DNA from: Lama glama
Lineage: Eukaryota
Direction: 5' to 3'
NCBI GenBank assembly: GCA_028534125.1
Contig: CM052816.1
Coordinates: 54,066,001 to 54,130,000, forward strand
DNA: 64,000 nucleotides
How positions within the stretch are numbered: position 1 is the stretch's first letter; each line of letters starts with the position of its first letter. Positions 40,020 through 55,049 of this stretch are shown here, piece by piece. Below the pieces are notes generated by a model. It had not been told where the DNA came from. It saw only the letters and a program-made list of their open reading frames with translations, and ran no database searches. The translations under genes and the position numbers were made by a program.

Positions 40020-40325
40020 TCTTTCATCATTTATCTACATGACTTACTATTTGTTTGAGATCTTAATTCACATATCCCCTTCTCAAAGAGTCTTCCCTGA
40101 CCATCCTGTTTTAAATTGCGAATCCCCTGTATTACCAGTCCTTCTTCACTGCTTTTTCTCTACAGCACTTCTCACAATGTAACATGCTATGTATTTTGCT
40201 TATTTATTCTTTATTTTCCCACTAAAAATGCTGTACCACAGAGATTTCTGTAGTTTTGTTCACTGGTGTATCCTTAGTACGTAAAATCATGTGTGGCATA
40301 TAGTTGCTCCTCAGTAAATAATTGG
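40020..40325. mobile_element. L2 3' fragment
   Basis: ttctcaaagagtcttccctgacc...ttgttcactggtgtatcc...tggcatatagttgctcctcagtaaata. Confidence 0.65.
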
Positions 40326-40624
40326 TAAAAGTAGTTAGTGAATTTTCCCCTCACTATTATTGTTATAAACCCAGGCTTTAAATCATTTTCTCTCAGAACT
40401 TTGAAAGGCTTGCTTCATTGCTTTCTGGTACCTAGTGTCATTAATGTGAAATATAAAACTTTTATAGGTGACCTATTTCTTCCCTTTTTGAAAACATTCT
40501 TTTTTTTGATCTCTGGAAATTCTCAACAATGTACATAGTTGGGAGGTTTTTTCACTGATACGTGTTGGCACTTAGAAAGCCCTTTTATTTAAGATTGTTG
40601 TTTTTTTCCAGCTCTGGGAAAATT

Positions 40625-40846
40625 TATTTTTTTAATTGAAGTGTAGTTGATTTACAATATTGTGTTAGTTTTTCAGGTGTACAGTAAAGTGATTCGGTTA
40701 TATATATATTTTCTAATCTTTTTCATTATAGATTATTATAAAATATTGAATGTAACTTCCTGTGCTATAGTAAGTCATTGTTGTTTATCTTTTATATATC
40801 GTAGTATGTGTATGTTAATCCTATACTCCTAATTTATCCCTCCCCC
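40625..40846 (-). mobile_element. L1 3' end fragment
   Basis: tttttaattgaagtgtagttgatttacaatattgtgttag...tcctaatttatccctcccc. Confidence 0.8.
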
Positions 40847-41471
40847 AAAAGAAAAATTTTTCTTAAATTTATTCTTTAAGAAAAATTCTTCCCTTGCTTT
40901 TTTTCTGTAATACTATCTACAACTCCTATTGATTACCAGGTTTGTCTTCTTTCTCCTTGATGTTCATTTTCTACTTTTCTCTTTTTAATTTTACATCTCT
41001 TTAATGTAAGCCTTGATATGCTTATTAGTATTTAAACAGTGAAATCTGGAGTACTCTTTTCTTTGACTAAGATTAAATACCAAATAGTAGGCTAAAATAA
41101 GATAGATTGATTTAATATTTGTATTTTATTTAATACTAGTAATGAATGACAAAGGTGGCTTATCACATTTGTAGAAAAAGGAAGTATTCATCAATAAATG
41201 ATCACTAGTTTACTGGAAAAAGGCTTGGTTTAATTTCTTCTCAGGCACTGTGTATTTTAAATATTACATGATAAGAAAATATTATACATCCATAAAATTT
41301 ATGAATAGGGATGTTCATCACAGTATTGTTTGTATGGGGGTGGCCTAGATGTCCAATAGCATAGTACTTTAATAAGCTGTTATGCTGGTATTATGAAATG
41401 CTTTGCAGCCACTAACAGCAACATTTTCAAAGAATATTTAATGACATTGGAAATGATAACACTGTCCCAGT

Positions 41472-41477
<6 letters not shown>

Positions 41478-41502
<25 letters not shown>
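41478..41502. repeat. (TG)n microsatellite
   Basis: About 12 TG units. Confidence 0.9.
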
Positions 41503-41530
41503 ATTATATATACACATGCATATACATATA

Positions 41531-41749
41531 CAGTTGACCTTTGAACAACATGGATTTGAACTGTGTAAGTCCACTTATGCATGGATTTTTTTCAATAGAT
41601 ATGTACTACAGTACTATTTTTGATCCACGGTTGGTTGAATTTAAGGATGCAGAACCAGATACAGAGGGCTGACTATAAAGCTATATGTAGATTTTCAACT
41701 GTGAGGAGGATCATTACCTCTAATCCCTGAATTATTCAAGGGTCGACTG
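41531..41749. mobile_element. Tigger2-derived MITE
   Basis: TIRs cagttgacctttgaacaac / ttattcaagggtcgactg; TA on the left flank. Confidence 0.85.
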
Positions 41750-43417
41750 TGTGTGTATGTGTGTATAATATAAATTTTCACACATACATGTTTAAAGAAA
41801 AAGACTAGTGAAAAATATTCAAAATGTTAACACAGGTTAACCTTAGGCCCATATATGTTTCTGAATTCCAAATATTTTAGATTTTAGAACAATAAAATAT
41901 ATATTCACATAATAGCTTCTAGAGAGTACTACAGAGTACTCTATAATCAACATTCATATTTCTGCAGTGAAACATGTGATTGTTCACATTAAGTAGGATG
42001 CATGAAGTTTATAAGTAGTTTCATGTCAGTTGAGGTCACATTCTGCTGCTAAATGAGTTTATGCCAAACTTAATTTTAAAATTCCTAAATTTTTTTTATG
42101 TTCTTGGAATTTTAGAATTATGTCCATTTTGGATCAGTGGTGGTTAATTTGGGCAATAAGATTATGTATGAATGATTTTAAAAATTTTGTTCATTATAAT
42201 TTTTCACATGTTCCTGTATTTATAGAAGCATATGCAGAAAAATATTTTTGTAACAAATTTAAAACTATGACTATATATACTTGAGCTAAGTTTTCTTATT
42301 AAGCCTTTTCCTTCCCTAGAGAAAGGGAAAAGAGTCAGATTCACCAGAAGTTGTTCATTCATTGATTTAGCAAATACTTATCCAGTAACTATACTATTTT
42401 AATAAACATAGATAACCTTATAAGTTGTCAGGGAATAATATTCAAATATAATATTAGTATCACTTCACACTCTTCTTACTGTCAGAAATTTAGTAATTCT
42501 GATAATTCCAGTTGTTCACCAGAGTGCCAAGGAGAAATAGGAAATTTTATACACTGCAGATTGAGTATCAACTGATAAAACCATTTTGGAAAACAATTTG
42601 ATAATATCCAGTAAAGTTGAAGTTGTGTATATACTCTATAAAACCCCTTCCATGTCATGTGACTTGTCATCAGTACATTGATTTAAACTATTTGAAACTG
42701 GAACTTTTTCAGTTTCTCTTGCATCTTGGCTTATAGCATTTTATTTGCTGTAATTTTACATGCTGCCATTACTGGGGTCTCACTAACTGATTTTTTTTTC
42801 TTTTAGGGAGCAGTACATTTGCTATTTAATAGCTTTCTTCCTGAGCCTTTTCACAAAATACGGCTTTTTTAAAAACAAAAACTTTAGTTTTGCTTGTTTT
42901 GATACTGTAATAGTCATATAAATATTCCGCACCTTTACTTGTCAAATGTGATAGGTAGTTAAGTATCTCTTCAGTTTTGCTGGAGCTATTGCTGCTATTT
43001 TCCATAGACAGGCTCAATAGAATAGGATGGCTTGGATTACTAGTCAGTGGATCTAGGCATAGAATTTATCTCTTTCATTGTATACTGTCTCAAAAATAAC
43101 CATATTTTTCTTATTTGTCAAAGTTTTATGGATCATTTTTGTTCCACTTCAGATTTTATCTTATATATCTTTTTAAATTAAATTGAGAGTGTTAAAAGGC
43201 AGTAACGAGATTTTTAGACTCAACTTTTTATTCATTCAACAGACATTGAGTACCTACTATGTGTAAATTACAGATCAGAAATACAGTATGAATACAGCCT
43301 AATCCTATCTTCAAGGAACCTAGCAAGAACATAGCTAAGACTTGGTTTCAGGGTAGTGTGGCAGATGCTAAAATAGTTAAGTAGGGGTTGGATAGAGTTA
43401 TGTGAGGTCTTGCAAGT

Positions 43418-43738
43418 CAGTGGTCAGCAACCTTTTTTGTGAAGGACGAGATAGTATATATTTTAGACTTTGTGAGCCATACTGTCACAACTATTCATCC
43501 CTGCTGTCATTGCGTGAAAGCAGCCATTGAGGATACATAAATGAATGAGTGTGGCTGTGGTCTAATAAAACTTTATGGATACAGAAATTAGAATTTCATA
43601 TGATTTTCACATGTCACAAAATATTGTTTATAACTTTTTAACCATTTAAAAATATAAAAACCATTCATAGCTCTCAGACCATACAAAGACAGGTGGCAAG
43701 CCAAATTTGGGTCATTGGCTGCAGTTTGCCAACCCTTG
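43418..43738. mobile_element. MER58B-like hAT MITE
   Basis: cagtggtcagcaacc...gtgtggctgtggtctaataaaactttat...gcagtttgccaacccttg. Confidence 0.8.
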
Positions 43739-44566
43739 TTCTAAGTCTTTGAATCACAGGATATTGTTGAATGTGCTTCTTTCTGATAGCCTATCCAGTC
43801 CCAGCTACTTTCATTTACTAGAGGAGTTTAGTAACCTGTCCTCTTTAGGAATTTTGAAAGTCTGATTATCTGATTATCCCTAATATTCTGAATGTAATTG
43901 TGGTTCTGTTAAGATAGTGAAAACAACAGTAGTGACACCATTGCATTGATGATATGCAGGTTTCCCCGGCATGCAGATGCTAAACTCAGTTGCTTACAGG
44001 GACCAAGTATAAGGTTTGAATGTTTGGGAAACAGGGAGTTGTATAAATTGAGGCAAAGTGAATAGCAGTGCATGTCTTATCTAAAATGGTCAACGGCCAC
44101 TAGTTTGATCCAGTAGTGGGAATGCGGCCCCAATATTCCCTGATGAAAAACATCTTAAGAGGAGCCAGAAATCCAGACTTACATGTTAAGTCTCCGAGTT
44201 GCTTAATTTGGTAACAAATGTATTTTGGGTTTTTTTATTCTGTCTTTTTAACACTGTGAATGTAATAAAACCATCTTCAGGTCTCATTTAAGCAGGCTGA
44301 CCATCTCTATCCTAACAGGTTTCATTTCCTATTTCAAAGGAACTTTTAGAGAAATATCTATAGTGATGTACATTAATGATTTTATTTTGAAATTTTTAAT
44401 TTCAGAGGATATTTTATCTTAATGCTTAAAATTATTGTTAAAGCAGTTTTAAATTAAATGCAGATATCTATACCTGATGTGCACATGTTCAGCTGTCCTT
44501 AAGTCCAGGTTTGAATGTATTGGCTACTTGCAGCTTTCCCCTGTAGATGAATTTGTGGTCACAAGC

Positions 44567-45785
44567 TTTTTTTTTTCTTTTTGTTGACAACTTTATTGAG
44601 ATGTAATTCACATGCCACAGAAATCACCCATTTAAAGTCTACAATTTGTTTGTTTTCAGTATATTCACAGAGCTATATAGCTGTCACCACAGTCATTTTT
44701 AGAACATTTTTATCATCCTAAGCCCTTTAGCTATTACCCTCCAGATTCCCCCATCCTCCTCTGTCCTAGGCAACCACTAATCTACTTACAGTCTTATAGA
44801 TATACCTATATTGGATCTGTCCTGTAAATAGAATCAAGCAGCATGTGACCTTTATGACTGGCTTCTTTCAGTTAGCGTAATGACTACAAGGCTCATCCAT
44901 GCTGTAGCATGAATCAGTACTTCCATTTCTTTGTTTGCCAAATATTATTCCATTGTATGATATACCATATATTGTTTGTCCATTTATCAGTTGATGGACT
45001 TTTGAGTTGTTTCCTCATATTGCCTGTTACCCATACATAATGCTGCTATGAACATTTATGTACAAGTTTTATTATAGACGTATGTTTTCATTTCTCTTGT
45101 GTGTACACTTAGGAATGAAATTACTGAGATATATGGTAACTCTTTGTTTAACTTTTTGAGGAAAAGCCAAGCTTCCAAAGCAGCTGCACCAATTCACATT
45201 TCCACCAGTAATGTTTGATAGTTTCAATTTTTGCATATTCTTGTCAGCAACACTTGTTACTATTATCTGACTTTTTGATTATAGACATCCTAATGGGTGT
45301 GAAGTGATACCTCACTGTGTTTTTGATTTGCATTTCCCTGATGACTAATGATACTGAGCATCTTTCCATGTGCTTATTGGGCATTTGTGTAATGTCTTTA
45401 GAGAAATGTCTATTCATATTGCCCATTTTTTAATTGGGTTGTCTTTTTATTACTGAGTTGTGAGAGTTCTTTGTATATTCTGGATATAAGTTCCTTATCC
45501 AATATATGATTTGCAGATGTTTTCTCCCATTCTGTAGTTGTCTTTTCAGTTGCCTGATAGTGTCCTTTGAAGCACAAAAGTTTTAAATTTTGATAAAGGC
45601 CAATTTTTGTTTCTGGGTTTTTTTGTTTTTTGGTTTTTTTACTTTTGGTGTCATATCTAAAAAGTCATTGCCAAATCCAAGGTCACCAACTTTTGCCTCT
45701 ATGTTTTTTTTCCAAAAGTTTTATAATTTTAGCTTTTTAGATCTTTCATCCATTTTCAGTTAATTTTTGTATGTGGTGTAAAGTG
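44567..45785 (-). mobile_element. Older L1 (L1MA/MB-like) 3' region
   Basis: Poly(T), 3' UTR and ORF2 remnant (ORF 45244-45426 [18 protein letters not shown]). Confidence 0.85.
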
Positions 45786-46462
45786 GGAAAGGGGGTGGAA
45801 ATTACAGGGTTTTAACCTCAAAAATCAAACCAAAGGTAAAATGTCTGAAAAATACTAATAAATAAACACACAAATAAGTAGCAAGAGATACATGAAACAA
45901 GACTGTCAAAATACTAATAATCATTAAGGCTGAGTAATCGAGTACATGGGATTTATAATGCTGTTTTCTCTGCATTTTTTGTTTGAAAATATCCATATAA
46001 AATGTTCTTCTAAATACCAGTTTATTACAGTTTCCTACTAACATTAATTGCATTGGCCTGTCATCTGTATCCTTAGCATGGCTTGGTATTGGGCTATTGG
46101 TATTAGTTATTAGATGGCCAAAAGAACAAGTTTGGTTATAACTATGAAAATTTTATTTGCAATAAGAAAAACTGTAAAATCAAGCTAACAAATGAAGCTA
46201 AATTTTTTTTATCCCAAGGTTTCTTAATTCTTGATTTACTCAACATTTTTATTCTATTTAGAATTTTATGAGCGATGTTTAAATGTGTTGTATCCAGATT
46301 TGTGTAAAGTTTACAGATAACTACAATGTACTTCTCAAACTTGTGTTGAGAGGCAGCTGTTGTAGAGAATGTTGAGCAGGTAAAAGTTCTTTATTGCCTC
46401 AAGTAAGCTTGCAATTGAACAAAGTTAAAACTGATTTCCTTACTACAAAACTCAGGACCCTC

Positions 46463-47484
46463 TTTTTAAAATTGAAGTACAGTCAATTATAATGTGTCAA
46501 TTTCTGGTGTACAGCATAATGTCCCAGTCATGCTTATACATAACATATATTCATTTTCATATTTTCATTAAAGGTTATTACAAGATACTAAACAGTTCTC
46601 TGTGCTATACAGAAGAAACTTTTTAAAATCTATTTTTATGTATAGTGGCTAACATTTATAAATTTTAAATTCCCAAATTTATCCTTTCCCACCCCCTTTC
46701 CCCAGTAACTGTAAGACTGTTTACTATGTCTGCAAGTCTGTTTCTGTTTTGTAGATGAGTTCATAGTGTCCTTTTTTTTTCTCGATTCCACATATGAGTG
46801 ATATCATATGGTGTTTTTCTTTCCCCATCTGGCTTTACTTAGAATGACAATCTCAAGGTCCATTCATATTGCTGCAAATGGCGTTATTTTATTATTTTTT
46901 TATTATGAGTATTATTCCATTATATAAATATACCACAACTTCTTTATCCAGTCATCTGTTGATGGACATTTAAGGTGCTTCCATGTCTTGGCTATTATAT
47001 ATAGTGCTGTTATGAACATGGGGGTGGATGTATCTTCTTGAATTAGAGTTCCCTCCAGATATATACCCAGAAGTGGGATTGCTGAATCATATGATAGGTC
47101 TATTTTTAGTTTGTGAGGAATCTCCATACTGTTTTCCATAATGCACCAAATTACATTCTTACCAACAGTGTAGGAGGGTTCCCTTTTCTCCCCAGCATCT
47201 CCAGCATTTATCATTTGTGGACTTTTGAATGATGACCATTCTGACTGGTGTGAGGTGATACGTCATTATAGTTTTGATTTGCATTTCTCTGGTAATTAGC
47301 AATATTGAGCATTTTTTCATGTGCCTATTGGCCATTTGTATGTCTTCGCTGGAGAATTGCTTGTTTAGGTCCTCTGCCCACTTTTAGATTGGGTTGTTTG
47401 TTTTTTTGTTATATAGTTGTATGAGCTATTTATATATTCTGGAAATTAAGCCTTTGTCAGTCACATCATTGGCAAATATTTTCT
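46463..47484 (-). mobile_element. 5'-truncated L1
   Basis: ORF 46912-47214 ([27 protein letters not shown]); flanks ctcaggacc / ctcaggact as probable TSD. Confidence 0.9.
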
Positions 47485-49307
47485 CTCAGGACTCCTTAAT
47501 ATACAAATACATATCAAATCTTTAAGATTTGGCAAGTAGTGTTTTTTAAGCTTATTTGACCACTAATGTACCATTGAATAGTTTGTAAAACACTAGCGTA
47601 CATATTTAAAATCATGTTATGTTGTACATAGATAGTTAAGTAGCTTGTCATTATTTGATTATTATCCTGATGTTGTCATTTTAAAAAATTTCTCCTCCTG
47701 TCTATCCTTTTCTATTACACTTTCTTGTTTCTTTATATTCCTCATACATATATATAATATATATATATTATATGTATGTTAAACTACTAAAATGACCAGA
47801 TTTTGAATTTGCTATGTTTCTCTGTAGGTATGTGTTTGTAAGACTAATAAATATTTTCAGTTAATTATGCCTTTGTAATAAATTATGACTTTATTTGTAC
47901 ATGTTAATAGCATTTGCAAAACTTGCAAAGGAGTGCAATGTTTAGAGAATCACAACTGTTAGTTGTATTTTGGTATCTTCCTAATTGAGTTTTGTTTATT
48001 CCAGAAAATTTAGAAAATATAGCTAAAGGAATAACTAGCAGACTTGAAAATCATTCAGAATTGTGCCCTCAGATAATTATTAGCATCTAATTTTTTAAAT
48101 AAAAGTAATACTTATACATGGGGAAAAAAACCCTCAAACTGTATTGAGAGATATAATATGAAAGCCTCTCTACCTCCCAGCTAACCATCCCTATCCTAAA
48201 TCATCAGGACTTTTATCCTCAGGTAACCACAAATGGTTGTTTCCCAGGTGTCTTTTGTGATTTGTTTCTTGAATACCCTTTGTTGTTTGTTTATATGCAT
48301 GACAACGTAAAATATATACCTGTTTTGTACTTTGGTTTTTTCATTTTGAGATATTTCAGAATGAGAGTTTGAAGGTCACATGATACTCAGCTGTAAATAC
48401 TGTTAGCACTTTGTTATATTTCTTTCCATGTGTATCACTTGTACAAGATTATGAAGGACAGGATGAGTCTTGCTTGCACAAGTCAAAATTCCCAATGAAC
48501 ATTTTAGTATTTCACTATTTATGCAATTTATATGGTGATTTAAATCCAGGCTTAAAATCTGACTTAAAAGTCATCCAGGTAGTGTGACAGAAGATTTTTT
48601 TCTAGATTTGTGAACTTGTTTTAAGCCCTATTAGAATATGAAAATTAAATCATTTTTTGAAATACACTTAAAAACCTTCACTGCAAATGATTAAATGAAA
48701 ACCATGCTCTAATATAATTTTTAAATTCCATCCCGGTAACATAGGTCTAGAAATCAGTCAGCAAGCCAGATGGAGAAAGCTACTTTTAGTAGGTATGGGA
48801 TCGAGAGTTTTTTCTTTTACTCCTTAGATAATGTGTATATAGGAATTGCAGTGTTTTCTTGGACTGTGCTTTTCTTTTACAACTTTGATTAAACCAGAAT
48901 TAGGAGAGATTACACTATTATCATTAACTGAATTTTGGTTATCTGAGGGATAATCAGTAGACCTTCATATTGCTGTCTCTTCCTTATTGTTGAAAATCTT
49001 CCTGATTTCTATCAATATCTTTTCTTGCTTTAGTAATTAAATACTTGTTTGTTTTCTACTTGTCCGTGAGAAAATCATGTCTTAATTATCTACCCCAGTC
49101 CCTCACATGAGGATGGTCAGACATAAAATTAAGTGCACAGTAAATACTTGTTAAACAATTTTGTTGAAAATAATCTGATTGTTTTTGGATTTGGCATGCA
49201 GTGTACTAATTTTTTTTCCTTTAAACTGGGCTTTTACCATTATGTTGTTTCAGGTACATGTATAAAAATTCGGAAAACATATATTAATTAAAAAGCAAGA
49301 CATTAGG

Positions 49308-50945
49308 ACCACAAAAGACCCCCCAAAATAGCCAGCAATCTTGAGAAAGAAGAAAGCTGGAGGTATCACCCTCCCAGACTTGAAGCTATATTACAAAGCT
49401 GTAGTAATCAAAACAGTATAGTACTGGCCCTGAAACAGACATAGAGTTCAATGGATCAGAATAGAGTCCAAAAATAAACCTATGCTCATATGGTCAATTA
49501 ATCTATGACAAAGGAGGCAAGAACATACAATAGGAGAAAGATGGTCTCTTCAATAAATAGTGTTGGGAAAACTGGACAGCTACATGCAAAAGAATGAAAC
49601 TGGACCACTTTCTTACACCATTTACAAAAATAAACTCAAAATGAGTTAAGGACTTAAATGTAAGACCTGAAATCATAAAACTCCTAGATGAAAACATAGG
49701 CAGTAACCCTCTTTGACATTGGTCTTAGCAGTATTTTTTTTGGATATGGCTCCTCAGATAAGGGGAACAAAAGCAAAAATAAACAAATGGAACATCAAAC
49801 TAAAAAGCTTTTGCACAGTGAAGGAAACCACTAACAAAATGAAAAGGCAGGCTACTGACTAGAAGATATTGGTGAGTGGTAGATCCAATAAGAGGTTGAT
49901 ATCAAAAATATATAAAGATCTTATACAACTTAATATCAAAAAAGCAAACAACTGATTAAAACATGGACAGAGAACCTAAATAGATATTTTTCCAAAGAAG
50001 ACATACAGATGGCCAACAGGCCTATGAAAAGATGCTCAACATCACTCATCATCAGGGAAATGCAAATCAAAACCCACATTGAACCACCCCACACCTGTCA
50101 GAATGGCTATTAGCAAAAGGCAAAAAATATCAAGTGTTGGAAAGGGTGTGGAGAAAAGGGAACCCTCCTGCACTGTTGGTGGGAATGTAAAGTGATGCAG
50201 CTACTAGGGAAAACAGTATGGAGTTTCTGCAAAAAACTGAAAATAAAACAACATACGATCCAGCAGTTGCACTCTGGGTATTTATCCAAAGAAAGTGAAA
50301 ATACTAATTTGAAAATATATATATATATATATATATACACTTCTATATTCACTGCAACACATTACAAGGGCCAAGAAATGGAAGCAACCTGTTCATTAAC
50401 AGATGAAAGAATAAAGATGACATGGTGTGGATGTGTGTGTATATCTATACATGCGCGCACACACACACATACATACAATGGAATATTACTCAGCATAAAG
50501 AAATTGAAATCTTGCCATTTTCAGCAAGATGGATGGACCTGGAAGGTGTTAATACTAAGTGAAATAAGTCAAACAGAGAAAATATTACATGATTTCACTT
50601 ATATGGAATCTAAAAAACAAAACAAGCAAAGCAGAAACAACCTCATAGATATAGAGAATAAACTTGCCAAAGGGAAGAGGGATGTGGGGGACAGATGAAA
50701 TAGGTAAAGAGGATTAAGAGGTACAGACTCCAGCTACAAAAATTTAGTCATGGAGTGTAATGTGCACATAGGGAATATAGTCAATAATAGTGTAACAACT
50801 TTGTATGGTGACAGGTAGTAGCTAGCTGGTCTTACTATGGTTATCATTTCATCATGTATAAAAATAACAAATCACTATGTTGTACACCTGAAACAAATAT
50901 AATATAGTACATTATAACTCAATTTTAAGTAAATAAATGAAGGAA
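49308..50945 (+). mobile_element. 5'-truncated L1 (L1MA-like), sense to TBCA
   Basis: ORF2 3' region (gctggaggtatcaccctcccagacttgaagctatattacaaagc...) and 3' UTR ending tgtacacctgaaac..actcaatt. Confidence 0.88.
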
Positions 50946-51249
50946 AAGATAAATGTTAATATATAATAATTTTGAGTTGTTTCTACATTGTAAATATAGT
51001 TATTGTAATGGAATGTATTTTTAATTAAAAATTCAAGAATTCCATGCTTTGATAGATTGACTTGTTTAAGGGCAGCTGTAAAACTTAAGAGCATGAGGAT
51101 CATACATCCATGGCTAAAGTACTTCTCTTCCCTTCTCCTTATCTAGTACATTTTTTAAGTATGCTTTATATTTACATAGTTTATTGTTTCTTATGGTCTT
51201 TTGCTAGAGAGAAAGGTATTTCTTTGAAACATTTTTGGTTTATTTATAG

Positions 51250-51355
51250 ATTGGTCAAAGAAAAAATGATGTATGAAAAAGAAGCAAAACAACAAGAAGA
51301 AAAGATTGAAAAAATGAAAGCCGAAGATGGTGAAAATTATGCTATTAAAAAGCAG
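51250..51355 (+). CDS. TBCA: TBCA (tubulin-specific chaperone A) coding exon 2, 106 nt, phase 2 to phase 0
   Basis: Acceptor tttatttatAG|A-TTG-GTC and donor AAGCAG|GTaaa. Translation (R)LVKEKMMYEKEAKQQEEKIEKMKAEDGENYAIKKQ matches mammalian TBCA residues ~18-53. Confidence 0.97.
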
Positions 51356-51464
51356 GTAAAATTATATGTTAAATAATTATAACTAACATTTGCAGAATAC
51401 CATATTAACAGTGTATTAACAACCCTCTGAGAAGGTCCTACTAAAGGTCCTATTAAACCTCCGT

Positions 51465-51620
51465 TTAAAAATGAGACTTGCCATTTAAAAATAAGGAAAC
51501 TGAAACACAGCTTAAATAACTTGCCGTGGTCACACAGCTGCTCATGGCATACCTGAGATTTAAACACAGGCATTCTGGCTCTAGAATATGTACTCTTAAC
51601 CATTAAGCAGTACTGCCTCT
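51465..51620. mobile_element. MIR fragment
   Basis: aggaaactgaaacacagcttaaataacttgccgtggtcacacagct. Confidence 0.7.
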
Positions 51621-51799
51621 CCGGTTTTAAGTATTAAATATAAAAATGGCCTAATCTTAATAAAAAATACCTACATACTTAAGTTTACAGATATTGTCCC
51701 AAAACCATATTGAAGATCTCCAAAATTATACACACACACATGCACGCACACACACTGTACATTTCAATGGCTACTTCTGTTTATCCTCATGACAAATTT

Positions 51800-53150
51800 C
51801 GTTCTCCTTAGCATTGCATACAAGGCTTTTCTTGATTTTGATACCTGTTTAGCATTCCAGCCTCATCTCTTGCCAGTCCCTATCTGGATCTTAGGTGCTG
51901 CCTTTTAGTTTCCTGAACAAGCCCTATCTCATTTGTCTCTGAGATAATTGCATATGTCTGGGATGTTCTTCCTACCTCTCCTACGTATCCTCTCCTAATT
52001 ATTCCCTACTCATTCTTTAAACCTCCATCCCAGCACCGAGTTAGGTGCCCCTCCTCTGTGGTTCTATAACACCTTATTTATTCCCATCATAGCATTTATT
52101 GCATATTTACTCTTGGTTGACACTTGTTTTGTAATTCCTCGAGAAAATAGAGGCTTTTGAGGGAACTCATATTCCCACCACAAAATCTATCAACTTACCT
52201 TCATCTGTACCCATACTACCTACCTTCCTTCCTATTAGAATAGATTATGTGCCCTAGCCCTTGTTACAACCATCAGTGACATCATCTCTTCTTTGTCACA
52301 TCTTACATAACCTCAACAGCTTCTGACACAAGTAACCACTCTTTCCTTGAAATGCTCTTTTATATTGGCATCTTTAATAGAATGGTCTCCTGGTTTCACT
52401 ACCTTTATTTCTCAGTCTCCTTGCTGAAACTCTCCCTCTCCCGTTTCTCCTCTCTCTCTTTCTCTCTTTAAATAAATAAATAAATAAAATTTGACCTTAG
52501 GAATTCTATCTACAATCCCTTCTTAGGTAATCTCATACCATCCTATAACTTTAAGTACCATCTTTATGCCCATTCATTTATTCATTTAACCGATATTTAT
52601 TGCATCTCTGCTATTTGCCAGATACTCTTCCAGGCAGTCTTTTAGACATGGCATTAAAAACAACCCAGAATTTCTGCTTACTTGACATTCATTCTGGTGC
52701 CGATATCTCCCAAATTTATATCTCTGGGCCTGACCACTCCAGATACATATATTCAACTAATCATCTATTTAACCTATCCCTTGTGTGTTCAAAATAAAAA
52801 TCTTGGTCTTCCCTCAACGCAGTTCACTTCCCCAAAACAAGAAGGTATTCCTTCTCTTATTTACCCTCCTCTTAATAAATGTTACCTTCACTTACCCAGA
52901 TACCCAAGCCAAAATTTTTGGGTCTCCTTTTGATCACCAAGTTCTGTTTCTTTTTCCCTCTATTTCTTACTCTACTGCCACTATCCTAGTCCAGTCCACT
53001 GTCAATTCTTGCCTGTGCTTTTGCGAAAGCCTCCTAGTTGATGTACCTCTTTGTCTCTTGATAACCCTCCATTCCTTTCATACCACAACAACCAGGTGAT
53101 CTCTTTAAAATGTACATCACATCACTTGTTCCTTTACTTAAAATTCAGTG
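51800..53150. mobile_element. Degraded L2 fragments
   Basis: ctttccttgaaatgctct, tctactgccactatcctagtccagtccactgtc, gatctctttaaaatgtacatcac. Confidence 0.6.
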
Positions 53151-55049
53151 TTCAATTGGAAGTCAAGACTTCTTTTTAAAATCAGCTTTATGAACTCAAA
53201 CGGTGGTTTTCGTCATGTAAATTATGTTACAAATGGTAATAATGCATAGGTAACCCAGAATTAATTCTTAAAATGGATTAATCACTTTTTTTTGGATTAA
53301 TCACTTATAATGAATTTTTCTTTGGTACAAAAAGAGTGTGTACCTGAAATGTTTCCTTCTTTGGGCTATCCAAGAAGGGAGCTTTTTTAATTTCCTGAGC
53401 TTCCAAGAAAGCCTGCCTTCCTCTATGTGTGATATAGCAAAGGACATTTGTGTGTCAGATATTCTTAAATTGGGGGAGGATTTGTAAACAAGTATGTTGC
53501 TATAGTATGTCCCCCAATATGCTGACCTTTATGAATTAACTGCTCTTCATAATGTTTTACCAATGGAATATAACTTTTTGATTCTTAGAATTATGACGTT
53601 AAATGCTTTTTGAATATATACTTCCATAAATATTCATGTCTTTCATGTCACATTTGTACCTCTCTCATTTTAATGTCCTCATTATTTTCCCACATCTAAT
53701 GAGAAACATTATAACATGGTGTATCACTTATTTCATCCAGATACTTCTTGAACCCCATCAGGCTTGTTTTGCATCTTGTGTAGCTAGTGACCTTACTTAG
53801 TTTTTTCTTTGCCCTGTTCTTTTCATCACCCATAATGTATTTTAAAATAGCCCTATAGCTAGAACATGAATTGTAAGTTACATGGAATGGGAGCAATGTT
53901 TCCTTTCTAAATACAATTCTACAGATTGATAATGTCACAGATGACCACAGAATCTGTTTTATTTCATTGGTATTTATACATTGATCATCTTTCAGTAAAA
54001 TCACTACTTGATAGGTAAGAATTAACTCTTTTTTGAATCCTGTGTTCTAATTGCTCTTTTAAAATATTAGCCACTTACTGGTTATATCATTGACTACATA
54101 TGCAAGATGTAAAAGGAAACTTTTTTTTCAAAAGCCGTTTCTACACTCAGCCATGTTAAAATTCTTTTGTCACAGTGGTCATGGTTTATAACATGATTTC
54201 CTAGTTTCATAGTCAGCCAAGTACTTAAATTCAAGAATACCATCCCATATCTAATTACAGAATGATAAATTTTTCTGTTTGCTGCTATTCTGTATTCTGT
54301 ACACCTGCAATGTATACAGTTGTCAATTGCAATTTTGTCCCAGTCTTAAGAAAACTTACCTTGTCTTAACCCCAGCGTACATGCTTTTCTCGGTTCCTTT
54401 TCCTAGCTTAGCTGTTCGGTGGCCAGCCATTCATGTTTTATATTATATGCAAGGGGAGTTGCATTGCCAGAAGCACTGCTGTGTTCCTAATTGCCTACTA
54501 CTTTAAGGTCAGCAGTTGTTTCTCGACATTTGCTGATGCCCCTCATAAAAAATACCTAGGAAGCCTAGTGCCAGATTTTTTGGGTTCTCTACTCTCCTTG
54601 TATTTCCTCCTCTTCTGAGATAAATGCCATCCTCAGTCACTTGTCACTACCTTGGCTCTTCTCTCACTTGGTTCCATTTAGCTCTGGCTTTCCTAGCTCT
54701 TCTGAACTAGCCCCGTGTTATAGCATACACATACGATGCTGTCTTTCGGTCCCTATCAAACTTCTTACTTGAAATTGATTACCAAAATTGTTCTCTCCAG
54801 GACTAGGCCCAGTTTTGGTTCTTTAAAAATGAATAACTAGGCAGAAGCTTCAGGACGCTAATAGGCCAAAATACCGGTCAGTCAAATTGCTATTCTGCTG
54901 TCCTTCCTTTTCTGGCTGCTGTATAAATGCAATATTCACCTATTGCCTAAATGCTGATTTTAGCCTTCTGCTTATTATATTCCTCTTTTCCTCCAACTTC
55001 CTCCAAGAGTGTTGTATAACATGGTTTATAAATGGTGATTTTTTTATAC

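Noticed and set aside
51110..51249. N-terminal extension of the TBCA-containing ORF (MAKVLLFPSP...)
   Set aside because: Intronic read-through upstream of the exon 2 acceptor; no TBCA similarity.
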